DNA of 64,000 nucleotides from an uncultured Actinomycetes bacterium (GTDB taxonomy: Bacteria; Actinomycetota; Thermoleophilia; UBA2241), in the NCBI GenBank assembly GCA_963725665.1, contig CAVRZA010000001.1, positions 64,001-128,000 on the forward strand, written 5' to 3'. The notes under the pieces were generated by a model. It did not search any database and was not told the origin of the DNA. It saw nothing but the letters and a program-made list of their open reading frames with translations. How positions within the stretch are numbered: position 1 is the first letter of the stretch; the number at the start of each line of letters is the position of its first letter. The translations under genes and the position numbers were made by a program. Positions 9,058-18,153 of this stretch are shown here, piece after piece.

Positions 9058-9501
9058 TCACGACTTGCCCCAGCCGGGCAACTGACTGGCTTGCTTCACC
9101 CATGCGGCGAACTGCTCCTCGTCGAACTGGTCGTCCTCGTAGATGTTGAGGTAGCGCACGTTCTCGTCTTTGGACTCGCCCGGCGGGACAGGGTCCAGCG
9201 ACGTACCGTTGAAGAAGGCCACTTTCACGTACTTCGCGAAGCAATGGAAGTTGAGGAACCAGCCCTGCCCCTCCATGCCGTAGAAGGGCGAATTCCAGCG
9301 CACCGCCTTCTTCACGTCCGGGACGGTGCGCACGATGATCGAGTCCAGGCGACGTCCGACGTCGCTCTTCCAGCCCGGCATGGCGGCGATGTAGGCCTGT
9401 ACGGGAGCGTCGCCGTCGGCCTTCGCGATCTGAGGATTGCCGCCGGAGAGGAGGACCGGCTCCGCTGCCTCTCCGGACTTCTTGGTCACCTTGTCCGCCA
9501 T
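9058..9501 (-). CDS. DUF1801 domain protein (cassette gene)
   Basis: LLSGGNPQIAK, MPGWKSDVGRRLD, KAVRWNSPFYG, WVKQASQLPGW. Confidence 0.9.
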   Translation of the reverse strand: MADKVTKKSGEAAEPVLLSGGNPQIAKADGDAPVQAYIAAMPGWKSDVGRRLDSIIVRTVPDVKKAVRWNSPFYGMEGQGWFLNFHCFAKYVKVAFFNGTSLDPVPPGESKDENVRYLNIYEDDQFDEEQFAAWVKQASQLPGWGKS

Positions 9502-9567
9502 TGCTCACACTCCCGACCCGTAGGCTCACCGACAACGTGATGATTCCCCTGGCGGATGCGTCAGTAC

Positions 9568-9672
9568 GCCCGACGGTGTGGCGCATCAGCTGCAATGCGC
9601 CGCTGCTCGCCGTCTTCAAGCCCGAGACTAGCGTGTCCGCGGCGTATTGTCTGCTCGATGCGCTTGTTGGGC
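9568..9672 (-). mobile_element. Integron attC site (105 bp, R' GTCGGGC variant)
   Basis: Minus strand GCCCAAC-AAGCG-CATCGAGCAGACAATACGCCGC...GCGGCGCATTGCAGCTGATGCGCCACACC-GTCGGGC. Confidence 0.82.
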
Positions 9673-9811
9673 GGGCGCCGTAGCAGGCCAGACCGTAGGA
9701 CCCGGGAAGCTACGAATCGGGCGAGCATGACCGTGCGCGGGCCCAGCCCCCCTCGAGCTGGAGACGGTGCAGGTCGGCACTCGAGGGCGGGTAGCTGAGA
9801 GGCGAGCTGGT

Positions 9812-10140
9812 TCAGGGCCCGTGTGTCGGAGGCTGTGATTGGGGGGAGCCGGTCATCTTCAACGCGACGATGATCAGCCACGTCGCCAGCATCCCCGCTG
9901 TCAGCAACTCCTGAATCGCGACTTCAGGCCAGGGCCACACCGACCACTGATTGACGACCCCAGACCAAGGCCACGTCGTAACCCAGATAATGCGTTAAGG
10001 AGCCCGAAGACCAGCGCCATGGAGCCGACACGGCGAGAGCCGAGCGCCCACGACAAGAATCCGTATGCAAGCATCGTGATGGGGATCATGAGGAATAGCA
10101 CGCCAGAAACCACGCGGTGGACTGCTTCTGCTATGACCGC
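9812..10140 (-). pseudogene. Fragment of a membrane protein (DUF998-like)
   Basis: AVHRVVSGVLFLMIPITMLAYG...IQELLTAGMLATWLIIVALK in broken frames; no intact start. Confidence 0.35.
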
Positions 10141-11288
10141 GTCCTGAATCGGAAGTCACGCTTCGGTTCTGGAGTGGGGCGGAGGAGATGCTTCTCCGCA
10201 AGCAGGCGATCCATCGCCGGATCGGGTCGCCAGGGGAAGTCGAGGAATGCCCAGTCTATCTCGATCTCTTCTTCACCCACTCGAGATACCGCCAGTCCCA
10301 CCTGACGCTGCAGTCCCCAGTCGTACTTGGCCGCCAGCGTGTAGTTGCGGAGGGCACTCACCCGAGTTTCATACTTGTCCCGGGGCACTGGAACCACGCA
10401 GAAGCCGGTTTTGCGCCGCGGCACGAGCATGCGCGCCGGCAGCTGGAGGTACTCCCCTCCAGCGCTTTTCGAGGGCCCAGTCGAGCAATCCACGAAAACC
10501 GCGCATGTGCACCCGGTTCATGTACGCAAACTCGTCGAGTATCCGGTATAGGAAGTCGCCTGTTGTCGCCGTCGATGTAGAAGACCTTCTCGCCGTACTT
10601 GTTCAGCATGTCCCAAGGTCGAACGACTCGACGTCGTGCAGGGCGTCATCCAGAAGGACCCTGACGGCGTCGTCATCGAGAGTTCCCGAGGGATCTTCGG
10701 CGATGAAGGCGGCCAAGAGGCGCGCTTCATGGTGCTGCCAGGGCGTACCCTGAAGAAGGACCTGCTCGCGGAAGGCGAAGTAGTCTGCGATCTCGGAAGG
10801 CAGAGCCAGGATACGGCAGACCTCAAAGAAGTCTCGGATGTGCAGGAGGTGCACAAAACCGGCCTTGCTGCTCTGTCTGTGACTGGTGCGAGCAAGCAGG
10901 CGGGGCGGGGTTCTGCCGCATGAGTAGAGCGCAACCGGAACGATCGGCGCCTCGGGGCCGGCAAGGTCTCGAATGTGGCCGCGCTGGTTCGGATCCTCAG
11001 ATCTGGCTCGCGCTCGAAGAAGCTCTTGGTGTCGGCGAGTTGCCTGCACGCTTCCTTGAGGACCTCGTGCTTGAACCACCGCTCAATGGCGGCATCGGAG
11101 CCGTCAGCGCGTATGTCGCGCTCCTTCGCCTGAAAGGCCAAGATCGCTTCCGGCAAGAGAGCGATATGGTCCGCGAGCTCGTACTCTTGGCCGGAGGTGG
11201 ACCGGAACTGGTTGCCTGCAAAGGTGAACTCCCGGAGGAAGATGTTCCCGCCGATCTCCGCAAGCAAAGCCTCAAGGTCTGTGCCCAA
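10131..11288 (-). CDS. Hypothetical protein with N-terminal PD-(D/E)XK-like nuclease motif (about 390 aa, several frameshifts; cassette gene)
   Basis: ELADHIAL...AFQAKER motif; ORF pieces 10518-11339, 10603-11079, 10358-10609 and 10131-10493 join into one protein; TTG start 19 nt after attC R'. Confidence 0.6.
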
Positions 11289-11306
11289 AGCTCTCCGACT
11301 CTTTCC

Positions 11307-11375
11307 ACCTAACGTCAGGCGCGTGAGGTCATGGCCCACTGACCTTCTGGCCGAAGGTCATGGGCCGACAGCGCC
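11307..11375 (-). mobile_element. Partial attC site (R'/L' arm and central hairpin kept, R'' arm eroded)
   Basis: Minus strand GGCCCATGACCTTCGGCCAGAAGGTCAGTGGGCC...CTCACGCGCCTGAC-GTTAGGT. Confidence 0.55.
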
Positions 11376-11838
11376 AGTCGTCACTTGAGGTCCGACGCTC
11401 GAGCAGTCGACTGCCGTCGTTCGTGACTATGTACACGGCGTCGATGATCGTGTCAGCATGGCCGGAATCGTCGGACAAGCTGGAGCCTTCCTCTTTGAAC
11501 GTCAGGTAGCCGAACTCAACGAGGTGATTGACGAGAAAGGGCATGGCCACGACCCGACCATGGCGGTAGGCCTCCTTGAGGGCGTTTAGGCCCGGTCTTG
11601 TCAAAGTCTTGACGACGAGCCGACGCTTCATGTCGCGGAGAAGGTCATTGCTCGCTCCCTTGCCGTTGTGATGGGAGACATGGCAGTTGTGGCACAGCAA
11701 GATCTTGTTGTCGTAGGCCTCGCTCGTCGGCTTGGTTTGCTGGAGATGATGCACTGTCAGCACGCGGCTATCACGCAGGCCGCAGAGCGCGCAACTGCCA
11801 TCGGTCTCGAGGTACAGGAGTTCATCCGTAGTCGCCAT
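11329..11838 (-). CDS. HNH endonuclease (cassette gene; true stop may be near 11381)
   Basis: CALCG...LTVHH...NKILLCHNCH zinc/HNH motif; GGAGG RBS. Confidence 0.85.
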   Translation of the reverse strand: MATTDELLYLETDGSCALCGLRDSRVLTVHHLQQTKPTSEAYDNKILLCHNCHVSHHNGKGASNDLLRDMKRRLVVKTLTRPGLNALKEAYRHGRVVAMPFLVNHLVEFGYLTFKEEGSSLSDDSGHADTIIDAVYIVTNDGSRLLERRTSSDDWRCRPMTFGQKVSGP

Positions 11839-11854
11839 GGAGCCTCCGATCCGG

Positions 11855-11916
11855 AGCCAACGTCGACGGTATCAGGGCTACGCTAGGCGCTGTTCGCCCG
11901 GATGTCGTTGTTGGCC
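11855..11916 (-). mobile_element. Short integron attC site (62 bp)
   Basis: Minus strand GGCCAAC-AACGA-CATCCGGGC...GCCCTGAT...GTTGGCT between the HEPN and HNH genes. Confidence 0.7.
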
Positions 11917-13257
11917 TGTCACCCAGGGCACAAGCACCTCGTCTTCGCCCTTCCACCCCTTCCAAGCGCGCCGTGCGTAGTGGCCGGTGTGACCACATGC
12001 GGCGAGAATAGCCAAGTCCAGGTACTGCAAGGCTAGCTGCGAGCACTCGTACCACGTCATCCCGTTGAGCGAGCCAATGACGGTTCGGTTATCTTCTGTG
12101 GCGTGGACGATCGCGTTGCGCACGCGTGCAATGACTCCCGGCCCGTCGAAGGCGTCGCCTTGGCACAAGCCCGATAGACTGGTCATGTAGTCGGGCACCA
12201 TCGCCGGGACGCCGATGTGCTGCAGAAGCACGCGTATCCGGCCTGCTGCTGACAAACGCCTGAAGTCGGTCCGGGTGTGCAGTCGGCTCAGTCTCGACAA
12301 GCAGCACCCAGGCCAGCATGTCGAGTGCGACCTGCGAGAGGACCACCGTGGCCTCTAGGCCGAGCGCTGGTGAATTGGCTTCGACAAGCCAGTGGACGGA
12401 GGAGTTGAGTGGACCCCTCCACGCTGGGTCGTTCCACTTCTTCACGAAACCGGCGAAGAGATTGGAAAGCTCCAGCCGTTTCTGCTCGGGCATCCATGTC
12501 GTGACCGGGCGGCTTTCGTCAATGTCCCACGAGCCGTACTCGCGCCAGGCGACTTCGTCATCGGTGAGGCGGCAAGCGGGAATAGGGGGCCCGCCCACGC
12601 GCCGCGCAGAAACCCGAACCACAGGAAAAGCATGTTGAGGGTCTCATGAGCCTCAGCGATAGTCATTTCGCTCATCGCGGGACGCCATTCACCGACGTGG
12701 GTGATGACGAATCCCGAGTCGCGCTTTGCGGCATTACTAAGCTCACGCGCCTCAGGGATCACGTCCAAGATGCATTCGCCTGAGTCCGCTGCAACTCGCA
12801 TTCGACCGGACATGCTTCCACGCGACCCATGCATCTCATAGGACACGCCTTCACCAATGTAGCTCGGGAAATTGGCGAGACAGAACCGCAACGTCTGAAT
12901 CGGAGGCTTGCCGAAACTGATCGGCTCCGCGACAACGCCTTGGACATTGGGCTCGGTCCCAAGAGCCATACTCGTTACGAGCACCGGTGCCTCAAAGTGA
13001 GGTTCCTCGCACTTGAGGGACCAGCCAGATTGGGAGTCCAGTCTCGCCGCCTGCGAGTAGGCGCCGCCAAAGACAAGCGCCGCGGATGGCAGCCAGCGAA
13101 AGATGAGGTCCGAATCGACAAAGCCCGCGGTGTCACCGATCAGCTCAAATGGCCCAGGCAGAGCTCTAATTGGTTCGTTGAGCGCACGCATTTCGACGTG
13201 CGGCTTCAGTCGTTCAGGCGGGCTATCCGGTGGGTCGGTCACCGTCCACTCCTCCAC
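11878..13257 (-). CDS. HEPN-domain protein with large N-terminal domain (ApeA/YopA-like; two frameshifts; cassette gene)
   Basis: C-terminal RNAIVH (RxxxxH) HEPN RNase motif; ORFs 12442-13257, 12089-12622 and 11878-12300 are colinear. Confidence 0.72.
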
Positions 13258-13465
13258 TCAACCAAGCTAACATCGATTCTGCAGTCTCCATATGGCGATG
13301 ACGCCACCGTCCGCCGTCTTTGGCACGACCGCTGCAACTCTACTGGAGTCAGGAGCCTGGCACGGGCGAAACTCTCGCTCTCCCGAGCGACTTGTCCAAG
13401 TGCGCACTCCAACACCCGTGAGTGCACGCGAGTGCCACCTTGTACTATCACGTCACGCTGAGTTC

Positions 13466-13492
13466 GGTTGCAGGAGGGTTGCAGACGGGTTG
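13466..13492. repeat. Tandem TGCAACC repeats (candidate tyrosine-integrase arm-type sites)
   Basis: GGTTGCAG-GAG-GGTTGCAG-ACG-GGTTG; related copies at 7776-7794 and 59322-59337. Confidence 0.5.
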
Positions 13493-13558
13493 TGGAGGGG
13501 TCCTCGGCGAGGGTCTCGACGACGACGCAAAATCCCTGCATCTACGCCTGAAGAGGGC

Positions 13559-13634
13559 TGGTAGCGCATACCGGATTCGAACCGGTGTTACCGCCGTGAG
13601 AGGGCGGCGTCCTAGGCCCCTAGACGAATGCGCC
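13559..13634 (-). tRNA. tRNA-Glu (CTC)
   Basis: GGCGCATTCGTCTAGGGGCCTAGGACGCCGCCCTCTCACGGCGGTAACACCGGTTCGAATCCGGTATGCGCTACCA cloverleaf, encoded CCA. Confidence 0.97.
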
Positions 13635-13650
13635 ACGCGAGGCTGTCTAC

Positions 13651-13724
13651 TGGCTGCGGGACAAGGATTCGAACGTCGATACCGTGGTCCAGAACCACGT
13701 GTCCTACCATTAGACGATCCCGCA
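13651..13724 (-). tRNA. tRNA-Gln (CTG)
   Basis: TGCGGGATCGTCTAATGGTAGGACACGTGGTTCTGGACCACGGTATCGACGTTCGAATCCTTGTCCCGCAGCCA; one C-C mismatch in T-stem; upstream TGCTATCCT extended -10. Confidence 0.93.
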
Positions 13725-13818
13725 GCGGAACGGCGCAACAGGATAGCACGGTGTCCCTCGGTCAGTGAAGTCGCGCGAGCCTCGGCACCGGCGGCGGCAC
13801 TTCGGGTACGCTTTCCCT

Positions 13819-14199
13819 GTGTCCCACGCAGACGAGCACATCACCGACCCCCGCGTCTTCCGCCTGAGCGTCTCGAGCGGTCCGGGCTACGTGCTCTTCG
13901 GTTGGGACTATCCGGGCTCGACGCTGCTCGAGGTGAGGGTCGTCCGATCGACTGAGGCGTTCGCCTCAGACTCGGACGACCCCGCCCGCCCGGTCGGTCA
14001 GCGCATCGTCTTCCAGGGTGTCGCGGGCTCGTTCCGCGACACCGACGTCGTCGACGGGGAGCGCTACTTCTACACTGTCTTCGCCCGCCGTCCGGAGGAC
14101 CTCGAGTGGACGCGGTGGGGCCGGCACAAAGTAGTCGCCGGCCGGCCCCATAGGCCGGGGCTCGTCGCACGGTGGCTGGCGCGCCTGCGCCGCGGGTAG
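13819..14199 (+). CDS. Small hypothetical protein, fibronectin type III-like (paralog 1)
   Basis: VLFGWDYP...VVRS...VFQG...FRDTDVVDGERYFYTVF, shared with 14694-15098. Confidence 0.65.
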   Translation: MSHADEHITDPRVFRLSVSSGPGYVLFGWDYPGSTLLEVRVVRSTEAFASDSDDPARPVGQRIVFQGVAGSFRDTDVVDGERYFYTVFARRPEDLEWTRWGRHKVVAGRPHRPGLVARWLARLRRG

Positions 14200-14289
14200 T
14201 GCTCGGCGTCGCTGAGGCTGGGTGCTGACGAGTCGCCGGCGCCGGAGCGGCTGAGGCTCGCTCCGGTCCTTCCTTCCTGCGGTTCTGGC

Positions 14290-14530
14290 CTACCCGACGT
14301 GCAGCAGCCTGCCGACGAGGCCGCTGCGCCACACGAGGCGCACCAGCAGGGCCCACGCCACGGCAGCCCCACACACGACGGCCCATTCCCATGTCGTCAT
14401 CGTCGAGAGTTCGAAGAGGTGTCGCCCGAGGGGCAGCGCGCAGATGCCGGCGAAGAGGGCCAAGAGTCCGACGGCGGTCAGGGTGGGCCGCCAGTCCCCG
14501 CGCAGAGGCGCGCCGCCGGTGAACCACGCG
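14290..14530 (-). pseudogene. C-terminal fragment of a cation-transporting P-type ATPase
   Basis: WFTGGAPLRGDWRPTLTAVGLL...LGRHLFEL...W.LLVRLVWR resembles the last two TM helices of CtpE-like ATPases; no upstream domains. Confidence 0.4.
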
Positions 14531-14693
14531 GTCGCAGCGGCCCTCCTCTGGTCGCCGCTCAGTCTACAGGCCGCTTCCACGTGTTGCCGGAGCAGCGGGG
14601 TGAACGAGTGAACGCACCGCACCGGGCGTGGCCCCTGTCCCTGCTGTAGGCTACGCGCAGGTCACTCAGCGCAAGGACGCAAAGGAGCGGGCG

Positions 14694-15098
14694 ATGGGTC
14701 TCTTCCATCACGAGGGTCACATGATGAAGCACTTCCACGCCAAGCACGGGGACGGCTGGGTGGTGCTCAAGTGGCAGGCGCACGACGCGCTCGAGGAGTG
14801 GAAGGTGCTGCGCTCGCGTGGCGAGTTCGCGCAGACGGTCGAGGAGGCCGACGACCCGGTCGAGACCGGACAGCGCCTCGTGTACGAGGGCAAGGACACC
14901 GACATCCAGGACACCGACGTCGAGGACGAGGTGCAGTACTACTACACGGTCTTCGGGCGCGAGCCGGAGGGCGAGTGGATCGGTCAGGCCGAGGTCAAGG
15001 TGACGCCGAACGGCGAGGCGACGTGGTCGCACTCGGAGGCCGAGCATGCCGAAGGCAAACGGCTCGGCCTCTCGGCCATCGGGCCACACCTGACGTAG
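14694..15098 (+). CDS. Small hypothetical protein, FnIII-like (paralog 2)
   Basis: AAGGAG RBS; GWVVLKW...KVLRS...LVYEG...DTDVEDEVQYYYTVFGRE; strong GC3 bias. Confidence 0.75.
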   Translation: MGLFHHEGHMMKHFHAKHGDGWVVLKWQAHDALEEWKVLRSRGEFAQTVEEADDPVETGQRLVYEGKDTDIQDTDVEDEVQYYYTVFGREPEGEWIGQAEVKVTPNGEATWSHSEAEHAEGKRLGLSAIGPHLT

Positions 15099-15280
15099 CA
15101 AGGCAAGCTGCAGCTCCGGCCGATCGCGCTTTGAGCCAGTGAGGAACCACGCCGCAGCGAGGGGTTCCCGACGAGTCCTATCGGGTACGATGCCTTCCGG
15201 ATGAGATGCGGCATGCGTCGCTCGAGCTTCGTCTCGGCGCACATGCCGCATCTCCTTCCGCGACAGCGAGAGGAGGCTCG

Positions 15281-15685
15281 ATGAGTCTGTTGCGATCCGG
15301 GAGAAACGGGCATCGTCTGCGTCGTTTTCGAGCCAGGCGCGGCTGCGGCTGGGTGGTGCTGAAGTGGCGAGCCCACGAGTCGCTCGCCGACTGGCGCGTC
15401 CTACGGTCCCAGGTCGGTTTCGCCGGAACGGCGCACGAGGCGGCGAAGCCCGGTCTGCTCAGCTACTCGTCTACGAAGGCTCCGACGAGCGAGGTGCAGG
15501 ATCGGGACGTCATCGGAGGACATGCCACTACTACTACACCGTCTTCGGGCGAGAGCCGGGCGGCGAGTGGCTCGGCCAAGCGGATGTGAAGGTCACGCCC
15601 AAGTGCGAGATCTCGTACACAGCGCGAGAACCCGGCCGAGGGCGAACGACTGAGTCTCTCAGGGATCGGGCCGCACCTGACGTAG
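15281..15685 (+). pseudogene. Degenerate tandem duplicate of 14694-15098 (paralog 3)
   Basis: GWVVLKW, LLVYEG, YYYTVFGREPGGEW in shifting frames; ends with the near-identical ATCGGGCCGCACCTGACGTAG. Confidence 0.7.
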
Positions 15686-16139
15686 AGTGGCGGCGGGTCG
15701 CGCCGCAGGCGCGACCCGCCGAAGACGCCTCGCGAGCTCCGCCGGCTCCTCGACCGTCCAGTCGCCGCTCGATCAGCTCGATCCAGTTGCCGTCGGGGTC
15801 GGCCACGAAGGCGATGCGCGGTCCCTCGCCCTGCAGGGGCGCCGGCGGCCGCCCGACCTCCTGCCCGCCACCCTCGATGACGCGCTTGTAGGTGCCGTCG
15901 AGATCGTCGACGTGGAAGGCGAAGTGGCCGAAGCGCTCGCCGCCGTCGTAGGGCGTGTCCTTGCCCCAGTTGTAGACCAGCTCGATGGCGAAGTTGCCCT
16001 CGGGCGGCTCGACGAACACGAGGGTCGCCTTGTTCTTGGTCAGCTCGCTGCGGCGCGACTCACGCATGCCGAGGAGCTCGTAGAAGCGGACCGCCGCCTC
16101 GGGGTCTTTGGTGCGCGTCGCTACGTGTACGAACTCCAT
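15534..16139 (-). CDS. gloA: Lactoylglutathione lyase / VOC family protein (true end probably near 15750)
   Basis: HVATRTKD...RFYELLGM...IELVYNWG...FGHFAFHVDD...DPDGNWIELIE. Confidence 0.85.
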   Translation of the reverse strand: MEFVHVATRTKDPEAAVRFYELLGMRESRRSELTKNKATLVFVEPPEGNFAIELVYNWGKDTPYDGGERFGHFAFHVDDLDGTYKRVIEGGGQEVGRPPAPLQGEGPRIAFVADPDGNWIELIERRLDGRGAGGAREASSAGRACGATRRHSTSGAARSLRDSVVRPRPGSRAVYEISHLGVTFTSAWPSHSPPGSRPKTV

Positions 16140-16393
16140 GTCGTCTCCATCCTGTCGCCGCCGGCTGAGTAGGTTCTTCGTACCCACCCTTGCTGTCCTC
16201 TATCCCGGTCGCGTGCGTGGCGTCCCGCAGGGTAGTTGGCCAGGACGGGGCTGAGCGGCAAGGCGGGAGCACGATCGCTGTTCTCGATGGTTGGCTTCTG
16301 CAACTACCTAGAACACCGCAACCCTACCCGGGAGGACCCGATCGGCTCGCCGATCGCGGGCTGCGAGTCCGTCTGGGGCGATATACTCGCCGC

Positions 16394-16921
16394 GTGCCAC
16401 TGATCGCTTACGGGGACAGGACGCCGCGCGTCGCCAGGGACGTCTTCATATGGCCGGAGGCGGTCGTGATCGGCGACGTGGTGCTCGAGGAGGGCGTCAA
16501 CATCTGGCCGGGGGCCGTGCTGCGCGGCGACGTCGAGCGCATCACGATCCGCCGGCAGACGAGCTTCCAGGACAACTCGGTCGCCCACAGCGACCCCGGC
16601 TGTCCCGTAGACATCGGCCCGGACTGCATCGTCGGGCACCTCGTGATCGTGCACGGGGCGCGCGTCGGCGCGGGCTGCCTCATCGGCATGGGCAGCACCC
16701 TGCTCAACGGCTCGGTGATCGGCGCCGGCAGCATCGTCGGCGCCAACGCGCTCGTGACCCAGGGCAAGGAGTTCCCGCCGCGCAGTCTCATCATGGGAGC
16801 GCCGGCCAAGGTCGTGCGCGAGGTGACCGACGAAGACATCGCGGTGCGGCTCGCCCTCAGCGAGCGCTACGCGCGGCGCTCGGCCGAGTACCTGCGCATG
16901 GGGCTCGGGCTCCAACTCTGA
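16394..16921 (+). CDS. Gamma carbonic anhydrase family protein
   Basis: VIGDV, GAVLRGD, QDNSVAH, VGHLVIVHG hexapeptide repeats; TATACT at 16382. Confidence 0.92.
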   Translation: MPLIAYGDRTPRVARDVFIWPEAVVIGDVVLEEGVNIWPGAVLRGDVERITIRRQTSFQDNSVAHSDPGCPVDIGPDCIVGHLVIVHGARVGAGCLIGMGSTLLNGSVIGAGSIVGANALVTQGKEFPPRSLIMGAPAKVVREVTDEDIAVRLALSERYARRSAEYLRMGLGLQL

Positions 16922-16946
16922 GGGAGGCGCTCCGCCCGCGGCACCG

Positions 16947-18153
16947 ATGGACCTCTACGAACACCAGGGCAAGCAGCTCTTCGCCGAGTTCGGCATCCCG
17001 GTGCTGCCCTCGGAGCTCGTGCGCAATGTCGAGGAGGGGCGGCGAGCGGCCGGCCGTCTCGGCCGGCCGCTCGCCGTCAAGGCGCAGGTGCTGCGCGGCG
17101 GCCGGGGCAAGGCCGGCGGCGTGCGCATCGTGCGCGACGGCGACGAGCTCGAGCAGGCGCTCGACGCGCTGCTCGGCATGACGATCGGCGGGCAGCGCGT
17201 CGAGAGCGTGCTGCTCGAGCAGGGCGTCGCCGTCGCCCGCGAGTTCTACCTCGCCGTCGCCCTTGACCGCGGCGCCAAGAGGCCCCTGCTGCTCTTCTCG
17301 ACGCAGGGGCGGCATCGACATCGAGCAGGTGGCGCGCGAGGAGCCCGAGGCGCTGCGTCGCCTGCACATAGACCCGCTCACGGGGCTGCAGGAGTTCCAG
17401 GTGCGCGACCTGGCGCTTCTGGGCCGGCTTCTCGGCCGACGAGCGGCGCGCGTTCGCACACATCGCGCGCGCCGCCTGGGACCTCTATCGCGCCAAGGAC
17501 GCGACCCTGGTCGAGATCAACCCGCTCTGCCAAGAGGAGTCGGGGCGCTTCGTGCCCCTCGACGCCAAGGTGACGATCGACAGCAACGCGCTCTACCGTC
17601 ACCCGGAGCTCGAGCGTCTGCCCGGTTTCTCGCCGCTGCAAGGAGTCGACGACCCGCGCGAGCTGCGTGCGCGAGAGGCCGGCGTGACCTACGTGGGGCT
17701 TGACGGCGACATCGGCATCCTTTCCAACGGGGCGGGGATGGTCATGAGCGTCCTCGACCAGGTCGTCGCCGGCGGCGGCAGGCCGGCGGACTTCCTCGAC
17801 TTGGGCGGCGGCGCGCGCGTACCGCAGATCGCCGCCGCCCTCGACGTGATCCTCTCCGACGCGCGCGTGCGCGTCATCCTCGTGACGATCTTCGGCGGCA
17901 TCACGCGCTGTGACGAGGTCGCCCGCGGTCTGCTCGCGGCGCTCGAGCAGTCACGGCGCGCGGGTCCCGGTGGTCGTGCGCCTCGTGGGGACCAACGCCG
18001 AGGAGGGTCGAGCTCTGCTGGAGGCGGCGGGGCGAGCCGACTTGCACCCGATGGCGACGCTCACCGAGGCCGTCGCGAAGGCGGTCGCGGTGGCGAAGGA
18101 GAGGGAGCGGGTCGACGGTGACCCCAAGGTCCGCGCGCGAGACCGCGCCGTGA
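16947..18153 (+). CDS. sucC: Succinyl-CoA synthetase beta subunit (several frameshifts)
   Basis: [60 protein letters not shown]. Confidence 0.92.

Larger units (their letters stand above)
7687..13558. mobile_element. tRNA-Glu-linked genomic island containing an integrase-less integron cassette array (CALIN)
   Basis: Abuts the tRNA-Glu 3' end; less GC-biased codons; co-oriented minus-strand genes separated by attC sites; inverted TGCAACC repeats at 7776 and 13466; tRNA-Glu fragment at 7687. Confidence 0.75.

Noticed and set aside
13662-13678. C-C mismatch in the tRNA-Gln T-stem as a special tRNA feature
   Set aside because: A single substitution in an error-prone sequence; cannot be told apart from a base-call error
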